From Squalus acanthias (taxonomy: Eukaryota): DNA of 64,000 nt. The stretch is taken from positions 108,254,001-108,318,000 of the forward strand of contig CM059432.1 in assembly GCA_030390025.1 (NCBI GenBank). Direction: 5' to 3'. Shown one piece after another: positions 1 through 11,664 of this stretch; within the stretch, counting starts at the first letter, position 1, and every line of letters starts with the position of its first letter. The translations under genes and the position numbers were made by a program. Under the pieces are notes generated by a model. It worked only from the letters and a program-made list of their open reading frames with translations. It did not search any database and was not told the origin of the DNA.

Positions 1-311
1 CTGAAAGATGTGTGTGTCCCTTTAAGAGGTGCTGACAGCGCCTCTGTCAGTCTGCTGCACGTTAGGTTTACACGGCGAGCTTAGGAGCCAGCGCTGAACT
101 CAGCGCAATGGTTGAAGTTTGCCGAGGTGATGTTAAGTGCAGACATCACCTCTCCCTCATTTCAACGGATGTTACCAGCAGCACTGCCGGGCCTTCGAAA
201 ATGGCGGATGCCGCGGGACCCGCCACCAGCTGGCGGAAGAGCGGCGGCCGCCCTCTTAGCGCAACTTTTTGCCGGTAACAGGTGGCGTTAAGCCCCTGAA
301 TATTTAGCCCC
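1..311. mobile_element. Terminal part of a Harbinger-type element, truncated by the window edge
   Basis: CpG-rich stretch ending in GAATATTTAGCCCC followed by ATA, like the other GGG..AAATT termini here. GTCCCTTTAAGAGGTGCTG near position 17 recurs at about 15940 in a decayed Harbinger. Confidence 0.55.
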
Positions 312-1444
312 ATATTTTGGACATAGAATTAGATCCGCATTGTCTATTCTATATCTTTCCAAAAGCATCCACCTCTCCACCATGACATTCGTCCCATTGG
401 AAGAGAAAAGTATAAACTCTTTAACTACAGCTTACTAGGTTTGGCAATTGCACCAAACTGTAGCAGTCAGAATTTTTTCCTTTTGGTGATTTTAATAGGC
501 ATTTGAATCAGTGCATCAAGAATATATACAATTGCTCATGGGCCTAGAACCAGACCTCTAATTCTGCAGCAAAGAATTTTGGATCTCACAAGTTGACCTG
601 GTCACTTCGCAGCGTTCAGGCACTGCAACTCAATTGTACAATGTTTTTAAAAAGGTATTGGTGGCAGTTCCAAAATATCTAGTGGGAAGAGGAAAATGGG
701 TAAGTACAAAGCATTAGCTCTATGTTATAAGGGAAACAAAAGAGCCCAGCTCTGGGAATATTATAATAGTTGAAATTAGAATAAATATAGGAAAAAGGCA
801 GAAGTAGGCATAAGGGAAGACAGCGTGCTAATAAGAAGTTTACATTCTTCAGTTAAAATCTTTAAAGGCTATTTTAGCAGTTTTGGGTTACTATTACAGT
901 AATATAGCTACTCCTGACTAATTTAATATTAGCGTTTGTTTAGTGCCACAGGGCATCTAAGCTGCTGGCATTCTCTTTATTGGTGCTGGTCCCTGCTAGA
1001 GTTGCAACACTTAAATTGCAAAAATTGGGTTTTGATCATGATAATGAAGTCTATAACCATACTGCTGCAGTATGGCAAGTATGCTGGTAAATTAACCAGC
1101 CTTCTCTCTCCTGTTTGAGCTAAGAGTTGACTGGCACCATCAGTACTGCAGTGTAATTTTAAGAACCACTTTGTGATTTTTCTTTTATTTGAGTCATTAA
1201 TTTATAGGGGCAAGGAGCCAAAGCTTACTAGCTCAAGAAGAACTAATTCTAGACACAATACTTTCTACAGGGCCAACAGGCAAATGAGTCATTCAATTTA
1301 AGAGCTCATGGCGTGCATTCCTGATCAGAAGAAACTGTCAGTGTGAGATGATCAACCCGCTCAATAGTGGAAGAGGGAGATCAGTTTTCATGGAGTGGAG
1401 ACCAAAGACATTTTCAAGGAAGTTATTTGGACGTCTGCCTTGTC

Positions 1445-1870
1445 TCAGCACTCTCGCCTGTGAATCAGGTTGTGGGTCCAAGTCCCACTCCAGAGACGTG
1501 ACCACACAATCTAGGCTGACACTCCAGTTCAGTACTCAGGGAGCGATGTCGGAGGTGCTGTCTTTCAGATGATACATTAAACCGAGACCTCGTCTGTCCT
1601 CTCAGGTGGACACAAAAGGTCCCATGGCACTATTTCGGAGAAGAACAGAGGAGTTGTCCTGGTGCCCTGGTCAACATTTATCTTTCAACCAACAGCACCA
1701 GATAACCTGGTCATAATCTCATTGCTGCTTGTGATACACAAATTGGCTGCTGCATTTCACTACATTACAAAAATGACTACACTTCAAATAGTACTTTATT
1801 GGTTATGAAGTTTTCGTACATCCTGAGGTTGTGAAAGATGTTATATAAATGCAAGTCTTTCTTTTTCTTT
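1445..1870 (+). mobile_element. DeuSINE-like SINE (SacSINE1/AmnSINE1 type) with L2-like 3' tail
   Basis: tRNA-like head (GGGTCCAAGTCCCAC B-box-like), central GGAGGTGCTGTCTTTCAGATG...TTAAACCGAG...CTCAGGTGGAC...CCCATGGCACTATTT block, tail TATATAAATGCAAGTCTTTCTTTT. Family recognised from memory. Confidence 0.7.
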
Positions 1871-2152
1871 CTATTGCCAACACTAATTCACCAAATCTTG
1901 TCCCCTTTCTTTAGTTGTTTTACTTCTATATAATTTTGAAGACAGTAACCAGTTATATAATGGATATTAGTATCTACCTTGACCATTTTTGGATAGATCC
2001 CACTTTGGGTCTTACTGCTGGTCTGCCGTATTTGATGTGGAAAATTTATCTAGCTTATCGATACTGGACTCAGAAGAAAGAGGACACCATTTTTGCTCCC
2101 TGGTCCAAAAAGTTATTTGTAAATGATATTAATGTTGAAGGGACTGTCCACT

Positions 2153-2212
2153 AGGATTCTCCAAGACAAGATCGACATGCCAGGATTCTCCAAGACAAGA
2201 TCGACATGCCAG
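2153..2212. repeat. Perfect 29-bp tandem duplication
   Basis: AGGATTCTCCAAGACAAGATCGACATGCC twice. Confidence 0.9.
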
Positions 2213-2559
2213 TGATAATGGAGCTTGGTTTCTAGTTGGATGAACTTCTCCGTAGAAGTTTGATAAGTTCTATCTACATAATCTAGTGTGAATTTTATGA
2301 ATCACAATGATTACTGGAGATCTTCATAGCTCTTCTATGGGATGTAGTTTGTGGCACAGACTCAGCTTGTATGCTTCCCACCAAAGGTGCCTGTGATCAT
2401 ATGCTCAGCTATTGCTTTAACCTGGAATCGAGCAGCTAAATTGTGAGCACATGCTCACTCCTTTTCCAATATTGGGGAAAAGACAGCAGAGGTACTAACT
2501 ATTAGTTTTCAAAACTGTTTTGGAATGGGAATTTTGTCAAAGGCCTAAAAATGTTATGC

Positions 2560-3330
2560 CCCAATTCAGGGAAAGAGAACTAAGTCAGAAAATAACCAGG
2601 GCAGTTAGTCTTAACTTAGTTGCAGGTAAACCAAAATCCTTAATACAGGATGAGTTAGTGAATCCTCAGAAAGACATGGGCAAACCAATGATGGTCAGCA
2701 TGGATTGGTGAAATCCAGTGCAGACAGAGAATGCAGCAGAAGGATTGCAGATGAATTTAGATAAGATGTTGTTGGAAAGACAAATGGCGAATACAGTTTA
2801 ATACTGATAAATATATTATTTTTTACATTGGTAGAAAAAATGTGCAACATAAATATATAACGAATAAAATGGAATTGCCAAAGGGAGAATTAGAAAGGAA
2901 TCTGGAACAGATAGTAGAATCATCTGTGTCAATGTTTAGACAATGTGGGGAAGCAAATAAATACTGGGATATATAGCAAGACCGGTAAAGTACAGGGCTC
3001 CAGAGGTTATGCTGGGGCTCTACAATTCACAGGGCATACTCAGTTGGAGTATTGTGTTCATTTCTGATCACATCACAAAAAAATATAGACAAGCAGTTGA
3101 GAGGGTGCAGGAAAGAGCAATCAGACTGATCCCAGGGGTGATATGGATGAGCTATGAGGAAAGATTAAAGAAGCTCATGTTCTACAGTCTAAAAGAAGGT
3201 AGTTAAGGGACGTCCCATTGAGGGGTATAAAAGATTAGATAGTGTAGGTAAGCTTAACCCAAAATATTACTTCAAGTTAATCCAAGAATTGAGACTAGAG
3301 AGCATAAACTTAAAAGAATGTAAAGTAAAT
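2560..3330 (+). mobile_element. Old degraded CR1 LINE RT fragment
   Basis: Peptide remnants AVSLNLVAGK and ERVQERAIRLIPG..MSYEERLKKL. Confidence 0.7.
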
Positions 3331-3699
3331 TTGAAAGTCCAGTAATCCTCAGAGACCTGTCACTTCTTGTTGGATATGTTCACAGCACCAATGGAGTCGT
3401 GGCAGTTTTGGGTGTGATTTGGAAGGCTGCCTTATTATCCTGGAAAAGCAATATAGATAAATAGCTTTACTGACTGGAGGCCTCCACTTTCTGCATTTGA
3501 TGATTTGTTCACATAACTTATAATTCGGTCTTCTACAGGTAATTTTTCTCATGCACAAAACAACATCAACTGTAATAGGTTCCTTGTAAAGTTAAGCAGG
3601 TCCTTGGGGTTGATCTTGACTTTGTGCAATAGTGTAAAGTGGGTGATGGTTGTCCACAGCCTGTTTTACATCTCTCCCAATTTTTATTCCCAACCATCT

Positions 3700-4500
3700 T
3701 CAGCTGCTTAATCAATGACCTTCCCTCCATCATAAAGTCAGATGTTCGCTGATGATTACACAGTGTTCTGTTCCATTCACAACTCCTCAGATAATGAAGC
3801 AGCCTGTGCCCGCATGCAGCAAGTCCTGGACTACATCAGACTTGGGCTGATAAGCGGCAAGTAACATTCGCATCACACAAGTGCCAGGCAATGAACATCT
3901 CCAACAAGAGAGAGTCGAACCACCTCCATTTGACATTCAATGGCATTTCCATTGCCAAATCTTCCATCAACATCCTGGTGGTCACCATTGACCAGAAACT
4001 CAACTGGACCAGCCACATAAATACCATGGCTACTAGAGCAGGTCAGAAGCTGGGTATTCTGTGGTGAGTGTCTCACTTCCTGACTCCTTAAAGCCTTTCC
4101 ACCATCTACAAGGCACAAGTCAGGAGTGTGATGGAATACTCTCCACTTGCCTGGATGAGTGCAGCTCCAACAACACTCAAGAAGCTCGACACAATCCAGG
4201 ACAAAGCAGTCCGGTTGATCAGCAACCCATCCACCACCTTAGACATCCACTCCCTCCTCTACTGGCGCACCGTGGCTGCAGTGTGTACCATCTACAAGTT
4301 GCACTGCAGCAACTCACCAAGGCTTCTTCGGCAGCACCTCCAAAAATCATGACCTCTTCCACCTAAAAGGACAAGGGCAGCAGGTGCATGGGAACACCAT
4401 GTTCCCATCCAAGCTACACACCACTCTGACTTAGACATATATTAATGTTTCTTCATCGTTGCTGGGTCAAAATCCTGGAACTCCCTCCCTAACAACACCT
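3700..4500 (+). mobile_element. Non-LTR retrotransposon (second LINE family) RT 3' fragment; continues at about 12856
   Basis: F.NDLP, MFADD and MEYSPLAWMSAAPTTLKKLDTIQDKA motifs. Its 3' UTR breaks at CCTAACAACACCT and resumes after the CR1. Confidence 0.75.
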
Positions 4501-5023
4501 TATAGAGTCATAGGGGTAAAAATTCAGTTGGTTGCGCCTCCCGTTAGCGCCTTAAGAGGGCGCTAATGGGGCGCAAAGCCGCTAACGCCCGGGCGCAGCG
4601 ATGTTTGCGCCGCTCGGGAACTTAACTAGAGATTGTGCGGCGGCGCTAAACCTTACCGCTGCGACCACCTGCGCGCGCAGATTGTGACGTCATTCCATGG
4701 TGCAACGCCCTTGTGGCGCCCCGGAGCGGAAATTGAGTGGCACCCCCTGCCTTACCGCCTGGTGCATCCAACGACCAGAAGACTGGAATGCTATCAATCG
4801 CTGTGGGGCTGGGGGGGGCGCTATTTAAAGGGGGCCTCTTCCTGTCTTTTTCTGTGGTGGACATTTTTGCACCACTCGTTCTGAGAGAGAGAGAGAGATT
4901 CGGAGAGAGAGAAAGAGAGACTTCTGCATTGACTCAACACTTTGTGAGGTAGTTTTGCCTACTGATCCTAACTTCGCTAGTACTTTAGTTGCTGTCCTTC
5001 ATTACTCTGCTTGCAAAGAGACT

Positions 5024-6184
5024 ATGGGGGCTGCACTGATTGGGGGCGTCGTCCTGCTCCAGCTGAATCGGAGGACACAGAGACGCAGAGAGAGAGTGGC
5101 AATGATGGCCAGACGGAGGAGGGCCAACAGGCGTATGTACAGGAGAGCTTACCCTCCCAGGGTATATCGTGAACAGCTCTCCTACATTCATATGTCTGAG
5201 GAGCTGTGTTTGCGAAGGCTGCGATTCAGCAAGGAGGTGGTCACTGAGCTCTGCCACCTGCTGCAGCCAGATCTGCAGCCTCAACTGAGGTCCAGGACGT
5301 CTCTGTCGGTGGCAGTGAAGGTCACAGTGGCTCTCAACTTCTACGCTACTGGCTCATTTCAAGCTGCTGCTGGGGACCTCACCAATATCTCCCAGTTCGC
5401 GGTGCATTGCTGCATCCGGCAGGTCACAAATGCCCTCTTTAAAAGGAGACGAGAGTTCATCTCTTTCCCCATGACCCCAGACAAGCAGCGTGACCGCGCT
5501 CTGGGCTTTGCGAGGATAGCGGGCTTCCCCATGGTGCAGGGCGCCATTGACTGCACGCATGTGGCTTTGCGTGCTCCACATGAGAATGCCGAGGAATTCC
5601 GGAACAGAAAGGGGTTCCATTCCTTGAATGTTCAGTTGGTCTGTGACCACAGACAGCTGATACTCGCTGTCAATGCCCACTATCCTGGCAGCTGCCACGA
5701 TGCTTTTATCCTGCGCCAGACTACTGTGGCAGAACTTTTCGAGGCACCGCATCAGCCAGTTGGTTGGCTTCTCGGGGACAAGGGGTATGCATTGAGCACC
5801 TGGCTGATGACACCGCTCCGTACGCCCAACACCCCTGCTGAGCTGCGGTACAATGAGAGCCATCAAGCTACCAGGAACATAATTGAGTGCACAATCGGCG
5901 TGCTGAAGCAACGGTTCCGCTGTCTCGACCATTCTGGAGGAGCCCTGCAGTACTCGCCTGAGCGAGTATCCAACTTCGTAGTTGTGTGCTGCATGTTGCA
6001 TAACATGGCAATCCTCAGGACCCAGCCAATGCCACCGGGCCTTGGAGCACCACCAGAGGAGGAGGAGGAAGAGGAGGAAGAGGACGAGGAGGATGATCAT
6101 CAGCAGCACCAAGGCGGGAGGGCGGCCCACAATGGTGAAACTGCAAGGGCCGTCCGTCAACGGCTGATAGCAAGCCGCTTCTAG
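5024..6184 (+). CDS. Harbinger (HARBI1-like) DDE transposase, 386 aa from the ATG at 5024
   Basis: Uninterrupted ORF with ALNFYATGSFQ, GAIDCTHV, NRKGFHSLNVQLVCD, PGSCHDAFIL, LLGDKGY, RNIIECTIGVLKQRFRCL, CCMLHN and an acidic tail. Confidence 0.95.
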   Translation: MGAALIGGVVLLQLNRRTQRRRERVAMMARRRRANRRMYRRAYPPRVYREQLSYIHMSEELCLRRLRFSKEVVTELCHLLQPDLQPQLRSRTSLSVAVKVTVALNFYATGSFQAAAGDLTNISQFAVHCCIRQVTNALFKRRREFISFPMTPDKQRDRALGFARIAGFPMVQGAIDCTHVALRAPHENAEEFRNRKGFHSLNVQLVCDHRQLILAVNAHYPGSCHDAFILRQTTVAELFEAPHQPVGWLLGDKGYALSTWLMTPLRTPNTPAELRYNESHQATRNIIECTIGVLKQRFRCLDHSGGALQYSPERVSNFVVVCCMLHNMAILRTQPMPPGLGAPPEEEEEEEEEDEEDDHQQHQGGRAAHNGETARAVRQRLIASRF

Positions 6185-6496
6185 GGCCCCTGCTGTGGAA
6201 ATGGCTTCTGCCATTGCTAACAACATCAATGAACCCAGCACGCAACCCCTAAGGGGGCCAAGGCACCAATAATTCCAACCACCAACCATGTATATTTTGA
6301 ATACAGAAACTTATTTATTTTACAAACTCTGTGTGTGTCAATTCCTCATGACAAACTCATAGAAATAAACACAAAAAAACAGTCAATAACATAACTGGTT
6401 CTCACAACCTGGAGATAATGTCCAAAACACTAGACAAAAGTTGGACCATGAACCTCGACCTTTAATAAAAAAATGACCAGCATTTTGTCACACCTC

Positions 6497-7473
6497 CTAC
6501 TTTTTGCCCTTCGAGGGTGATCTCCTTCCCTTGCGCACTTCCCCCCTTCTAACCCTACTGCTCCTCCGTAATGGGACCTCAGTGGCTGCAGCAAGGCTGG
6601 TGGAAGGCTGCTGCTCGTCAGACCCTGACACTGCAGATGCCCCTGAAGGACGGCCTCGACCAGTTCTGGGCCTGGAGGGCCCGGCTGCAGACTGCACCAA
6701 CTCTGCATGGGCGGCAGCAGTCTGTCCTACAGGCGGTGGCAAGTGCAGTGGAGAAGTGACAGTGTTGGCAGCAGGAATGCTGTCATCGTGAGAGAGGACA
6801 GCAACTCCCTGCTCGCCCGACACACTGGCACTCCCACGGGGCAGCACTTCAGCATCCGGAGCAATCTGCTGGAGAACAGATTGCTGGCCTGCTGCGGCGC
6901 GGTGACAGCCCCGGGGACATGTGAACGAACCATCGAGGTTGGCAGCAGTCTGTGCTCGCGTGGCCTCAATCTGAGTCTGCATGAGAGCAGTCAGAGATGG
7001 GATCACGGCAGCCAGTGACTGAATTGCAGCACTAAGCGTTAGTGTGGCATCCGCCTGTGCTACAGCGAAGTGCTCCACACTCCTTGCCAGTGACTCAATG
7101 CATTCGGGCACCCTTCCCACTGCACCCATGAGCTCAGTGTGCATGCCCACCGCCTGGGTGTTCATTTCTGCGATCAGCCGCTCCTCCTCTGCGTCCATTG
7201 CAGTAGGAGTGTCTGGCATACTCTCCCTCTGGGGAGAAGGCCCCCGTTCTTCCCTACCCCCATGGCGTTGCTGCAGCCCGCTGGGTCCTGGAGCTTCACC
7301 CTCATCAGACCCTTCCCCACTGCTCCCCTCCAGGGAAGGCGTGTTCCCAGTGTGGGCATGGGCTTCCTCGGGAGAGGGTGGCACTGATGCTCCGGCTTCC
7401 TCTTCCTCCTCGGCTGCAGCTTCACTCCCACTGGCAGCTTCAGGGCCCGTCTCCTCAGCTGGTGAATCACCAT
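6497..7473 (-). CDS. Harbinger Myb/SANT protein, exon 3 (acidic low-complexity region, helical region, basic C-terminus)
   Basis: CCCTGCTTTCAG acceptor. The phase-1 join reads in frame with ORF 6497..7384. Spliced total is 1377 nt = 458 aa + stop. Confidence 0.85.
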
Positions 7474-7632
7474 CTGAAAGCAGGGAGGTACAAGAGTGGC
7501 TTTAGCGTGAGGACAGGGTGGCAGTAAGGGAGGAATAAGTGCAGCGAGTTAGCAAGTTGGATTGAAAGTGTCAAAGGCTGGTGTTGTGAGGGACAAGTGG
7601 AAGGACAGAGGACAAAAAGGTGATGACCTTAC

Positions 7633-7795
7633 CATTGCTGTCCAGAACGGGGTCGGCGTCTCCAGTGGCGACGGGACCGATCACCCGGCTTGCCACAATC
7701 CTGTGGACGCGCTCCTCAAGATCGCTGAGGGGTTGCAGCTGAGGCCGCCCTCCACCTGTCCGTTGCTGTTGTCTCCGATTATGCGCCAGCTTGGC
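7633..7795 (-). CDS. Harbinger Myb/SANT protein, exon 2
   Basis: TTTTTCTTACAG acceptor; AKLAHNRRQQQRTGGG (TGGG motif typical of this family); 163 nt; GTAAG donor, phase 1. Confidence 0.88.
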
Positions 7796-7829
7796 CTGTA
7801 AGAAAAAGGACAGCATCTGAGTAAATATA

Positions 7830-7938
7830 CAGCCATGGTCTTGCCTGATGTGCCTCCCATAGATGAATAGCCCTTACTGTATGCAGCCATGGTCTTGCCT
7901 GATGTGCCTCCCATAGGTGAATAGCCCTTACTGTATGC
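7830..7938. repeat. 54-bp tandem duplication in intron 1 of the Myb gene
   Basis: CAGCCATGGTCTTGCCTGATGTGCCTCCCATAG(A/G)TGAATAGCCCTTACTGTATG twice. Confidence 0.9.
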
Positions 7939-8079
7939 AAAGTGTGGAATGTGTGTGTGTGTTTCATGAAAGGGCCATAGGTGTTGGATGAGTGTTGTGC
8001 ATTGGGGTTTTAAGACCCTCTGGCCATAGAGTGAGGTTGAGATGGAGGGATGGAGAGGTATTGAGAAAAAGCCACTCAC

Positions 8080-8316
8080 CCTGATGACCCGAGTGAGGTC
8101 GTTGAACTTTTTGCGGCATTGAGTATGGGTCCTGGGCACCATGCTCCTGGAGGAGACGCTCTGAGCCACCTCCCTCCACACTCTTCTGAACTCGCGTGGC
8201 AAAGGCCTCCTGCCACTCTCAGGGAAGAGTATACATCTTCTGCGCTCCACCGCGCCAACCAGAGCATCCAAGCCCCGCTCGGTGAAGCGATGAGCTCGTT
8301 CTCTCACCCTCTCCAT
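8080..8316 (-). CDS. Harbinger Myb/SANT-like (trihelix) DNA-binding protein, exon 1
   Basis: MERVRERAHRFTERGLDALV...W.EVA..V.......RT.TQCRKKFNDL. 237 nt, phase 0, followed by GTGAGT donor. Confidence 0.9.
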
Positions 8317-8747
8317 CCTTGGCAGCAAAATGGATTCACAGGTCTCTCCAGGCCGAGATTCAAGGCTGCAATGAGCAGGGTGTGGCTGGGGAGCAAGTTG
8401 GCCCCCCCCGCTTTAAGAACTGGCATGCGCCAGTGTGTCTGTGTTCCCTCGCTAACTGGCAGCAGCTGCGCTGCGCTCGCGCGCTGATTTAGCGCCTCAC
8501 TGCTCGGCCTTTGCGCCTTAAGACAGGTGTGCAGCGCCTGATTTAGCGCTCCACTCACCTCCCGGGGCGGTAAAAGTGAAGTTTCCAGTCAGTGGCGATA
8601 ATTAGCGCCAGGCGCTAATATTTGCGTCCAGACGATATTTGCGCCCCAAATGGGGCGCAACCTAATTTTTCCCCCATAGAGTTATACAGCACAGAAAGAG
8701 GCCCTTCGGCCCATCGTGTCCGCGCCGGCCATCAAGCCCTGTCTATT

Positions 8748-11545
8748 CTAATCCCATTTTCCAGCACTTGGTCCGTAGCCTTGTATGCTATGGCGTTTCA
8801 AGTGCTCATCTAAATGCTTCTTGAATGTTGTGAGGGTTCCTGCCTCTACCACCATTTCAGGCAGTGAGTTCCAGATTCCAACCACCCTCTGGGTGAAAAA
8901 GTTTTTCCTCAAATTCCCTCTAAACCTCCTGCCCCTTACCTTGAAACTATGCCCCCTGGTTATTGACCCCTCTACTAAGGGGAAAAGTTCCTTTCTATCT
9001 ACCCTATCTATGCCCCTCATAATTTTGTACACCTCAATCAGGTCCCCCCTCAGCCTTCTCTGCTCTAAGGAAAACAACCCCAGCCTGCCCAGTCTCTCTT
9101 CATAGCTGAAGCGCTGCAGCCCAGGTAACATCCTAGTGAATCTCCTCTGCACCCTCTCCAATGCAATCACATCCTTCCTATAGTGTGGCAACCAGAACTG
9201 CACACAATATTCCAGCTGTGGCCTAACTAGCGTTTTGTACAGCTCCATCATAACCTCCCTGCTCTTATATTCTATGCCTCGGCTAATGAAGGCAAGTATC
9301 CCATATGCCTTTTTAACCACCTTATCTACCTGTCCTGCTGCCTTCAGGGATCTATGTACATGCACACCAAGGTCCCTCTGATCCTCTGTCCTTCCTAGGG
9401 TCCTACCATTCATTGTGTATTCCCTTGCCTTGTTAGTCCTCCCAAAATGCATCACCTCACACTTTTCAGGGTTAAATTCCATTTGCCACTGTTCTGCCGA
9501 TCTGACCAACCCGTCTATATCATCCTGTAGCCTGAGGCTTCCCTCCTCGCTATTTACCACCCCACCAATTTTCGTATCATCTGCAAACTTACTGATCATA
9601 CCTCCTACATTCATATCAAAATCATGAATGTACACTACAAACAGCAAAGGACCCAGCACCGATTCCTGCGGTACACCACTGGACACAGGCTTCCAGTCAC
9701 AAAAACAACCTTCGACAATTACCTTCTGCGTCCTGCCACTAAGCCAATTTTGGATCCAATGTGCCAAGTTGCCCTGGATCCCATGGGCTTTTACCTCTTG
9801 ACCAGTCTCCCATGCAGGACTTTGTCAAAAGCCTGACTGAAGTCCATGTAGACCACATCAACTGCACTACCCTCATCCACACACCTAGTCACCCCCTCAA
9901 AAAATGCAATCAAATTGGTCAGACATGATCTCCCCCTGACAAAGCCATGCTGACTATCCTTGATTAATCCTTGCCTCTCCAAGTGGAGACTAATTCTGTC
10001 CCTCAGAATTTTTTCCAATAATTTCCCTACCACTGATGTTAGGCTCATTGGCCTGTAATTCCCTGGTTTATCCCTACTACCCTTCTTGAATAATGATACT
10101 ACATTAGCTGTTCTCCAGTCCTCTGGCACCTCCCCTGTGGCCAGAGAGGTTCTGAAAATTTGTGTCAGAGCCCCTGCAATCTCCTCCCTTGCCTCACACA
10201 GCAGCCTGGGATACATCTCTTCTGGGCCTGGGGATTTATCCACTTTTAAGCCTGCTAAAACCGCTAGTACCTCCTCCCTCTCAATACTAATTTGTTCAAG
10301 TATATCACAATCCCCCTGCCTGATTTCTATGCCTACATCGTCCTTCTCCATAGTGAACACAAATGCAAAATATTCATTTAAAACCCCACCTACATCTTCT
10401 GGCTCTACACACAGATTGTCACTTTGGTCCCTAATGGGCCCTACTCTTTCCCTGGTTATCCTCTTGCCCTTAATATACTTATAAAACACCTTGGAATTTT
10501 CCTTTATCTTGCCCGCCAGTGTTATTTCATGCCCCCTCTTCGCGCTCCTAATTTCTTTTTTAAGTACCCCCCTGCACTTTCTATACTCCTCTAGGGCTTC
10601 CACTGTTTTTAGTCCTTTGTATCTGCCAAAAGCCTCCCTTTTTTCCTAATCCATTCTCAAATATCCCTTGACATCCAGGATTCCCTGGGCTTGTTGGTCC
10701 CACCGTTGACTTTTACGGGAACATGTTGGCGTTGTACTCTCGCTATTTCCTTTCTGAAAGACTCCCACTGCTCTGATGTGGATTTTCCTACAAGTAGCTG
10801 ATCCCTGTCCACTTTGGCCAGATCCTGTCTTATCATATTAAAATCGGCCTTCCCCTAATTTAGAACCTTTATCTCCGGTCCATCTTTGTCCTTTTCCATG
10901 ACTACCTTAAATCACACTGTCACCAAAATGCTCTCCTACTGACTCTTCTACCACTTGCCCGGCTACATTCCCTAGAATTAGGTCCAGTACCGCCCCCTCT
11001 CTTGTAGGACTTTCTACATGCTGGCTCAAAAAGCTCTCCTGGATGCCCTTCAAGAATTCCGCACCCTCTAAGCCTTTCACACTCTGACTATCCCAGTTAA
11101 TATTGGGGAAGTTGAAATCCCCTACTATTATTACCCTATTATTTCTACACTTCTCTGAGATTTGCCTACATATCTGTTCCTCTATCTCCCCCTGACTGTT
11201 TGGGGGCCTATAGTACACTCCCAGCAAAGTGCTTGCCCCCTTTTTGTTTTTAAGTTCTACCCATATGGCCTCATTAGAGGAACCTGCTAAGATATCATCC
11301 CTCCTTACAGCAGTAATTGACTCCTTGATTAATATTGCGACACCCCCTCCTCTTTTACACCCACCTCTGTCTCGCCTGAAGATTCTATACCCTGGAATAT
11401 TGAGCTGCCAGTTCTGCCCCTCCCTCAACCATGTCTCTGTGATAGCAACAATATCATACTCCCATCTGTTCATCAACACCTTCAATTCATCTGCCTTACT
11501 CGCAAGACTCCTTGCATTAAAATAAATACCATCCAGCCTTGCCAT
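8748..11545 (-). pseudogene. CR1 ORF2 (APE endonuclease + reverse transcriptase), broken into pieces
   Basis: NARS, ITETW, GVYYRPP, VGDFN, LDL, SGVPQES, KFADD motifs; frame breaks near 10910, 10640 and 9790. Confidence 0.9.
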
Positions 11546-11664
11546 ACTCCTTTGTGCCGTTACATATTTGCTCTGCCTTCCAGGCTGACTTGTTTTTTCC
11601 TCTATATTTGGCTGTGCATCACCCCCTACTATAGCTCCACTCCGTATCCCATCCCCCTGCCAAG

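Larger units (their letters stand above)
4513..8675 (+). mobile_element. Full-length, apparently intact autonomous PIF/Harbinger DNA transposon (4163 bp)
   Basis: Left end GGGGTAAAAATT; right end (reverse complement) GGGGGAAAAATT. ATA duplicated at 4510-4512 and 8676-8678. Convergent transposase and Myb/SANT genes. Confidence 0.95.

Noticed and set aside
5024..6184. Domesticated host genes HARBI1/NAIF1
   Set aside because: The ORF lies inside TIRs with a TSD, is paired with a Myb gene, and has decayed sister copies nearby, so it is a transposon
5354..6289. 311-aa antisense ORF
   Set aside because: Shadow frame of the GC-rich transposase, no recognisable motifs
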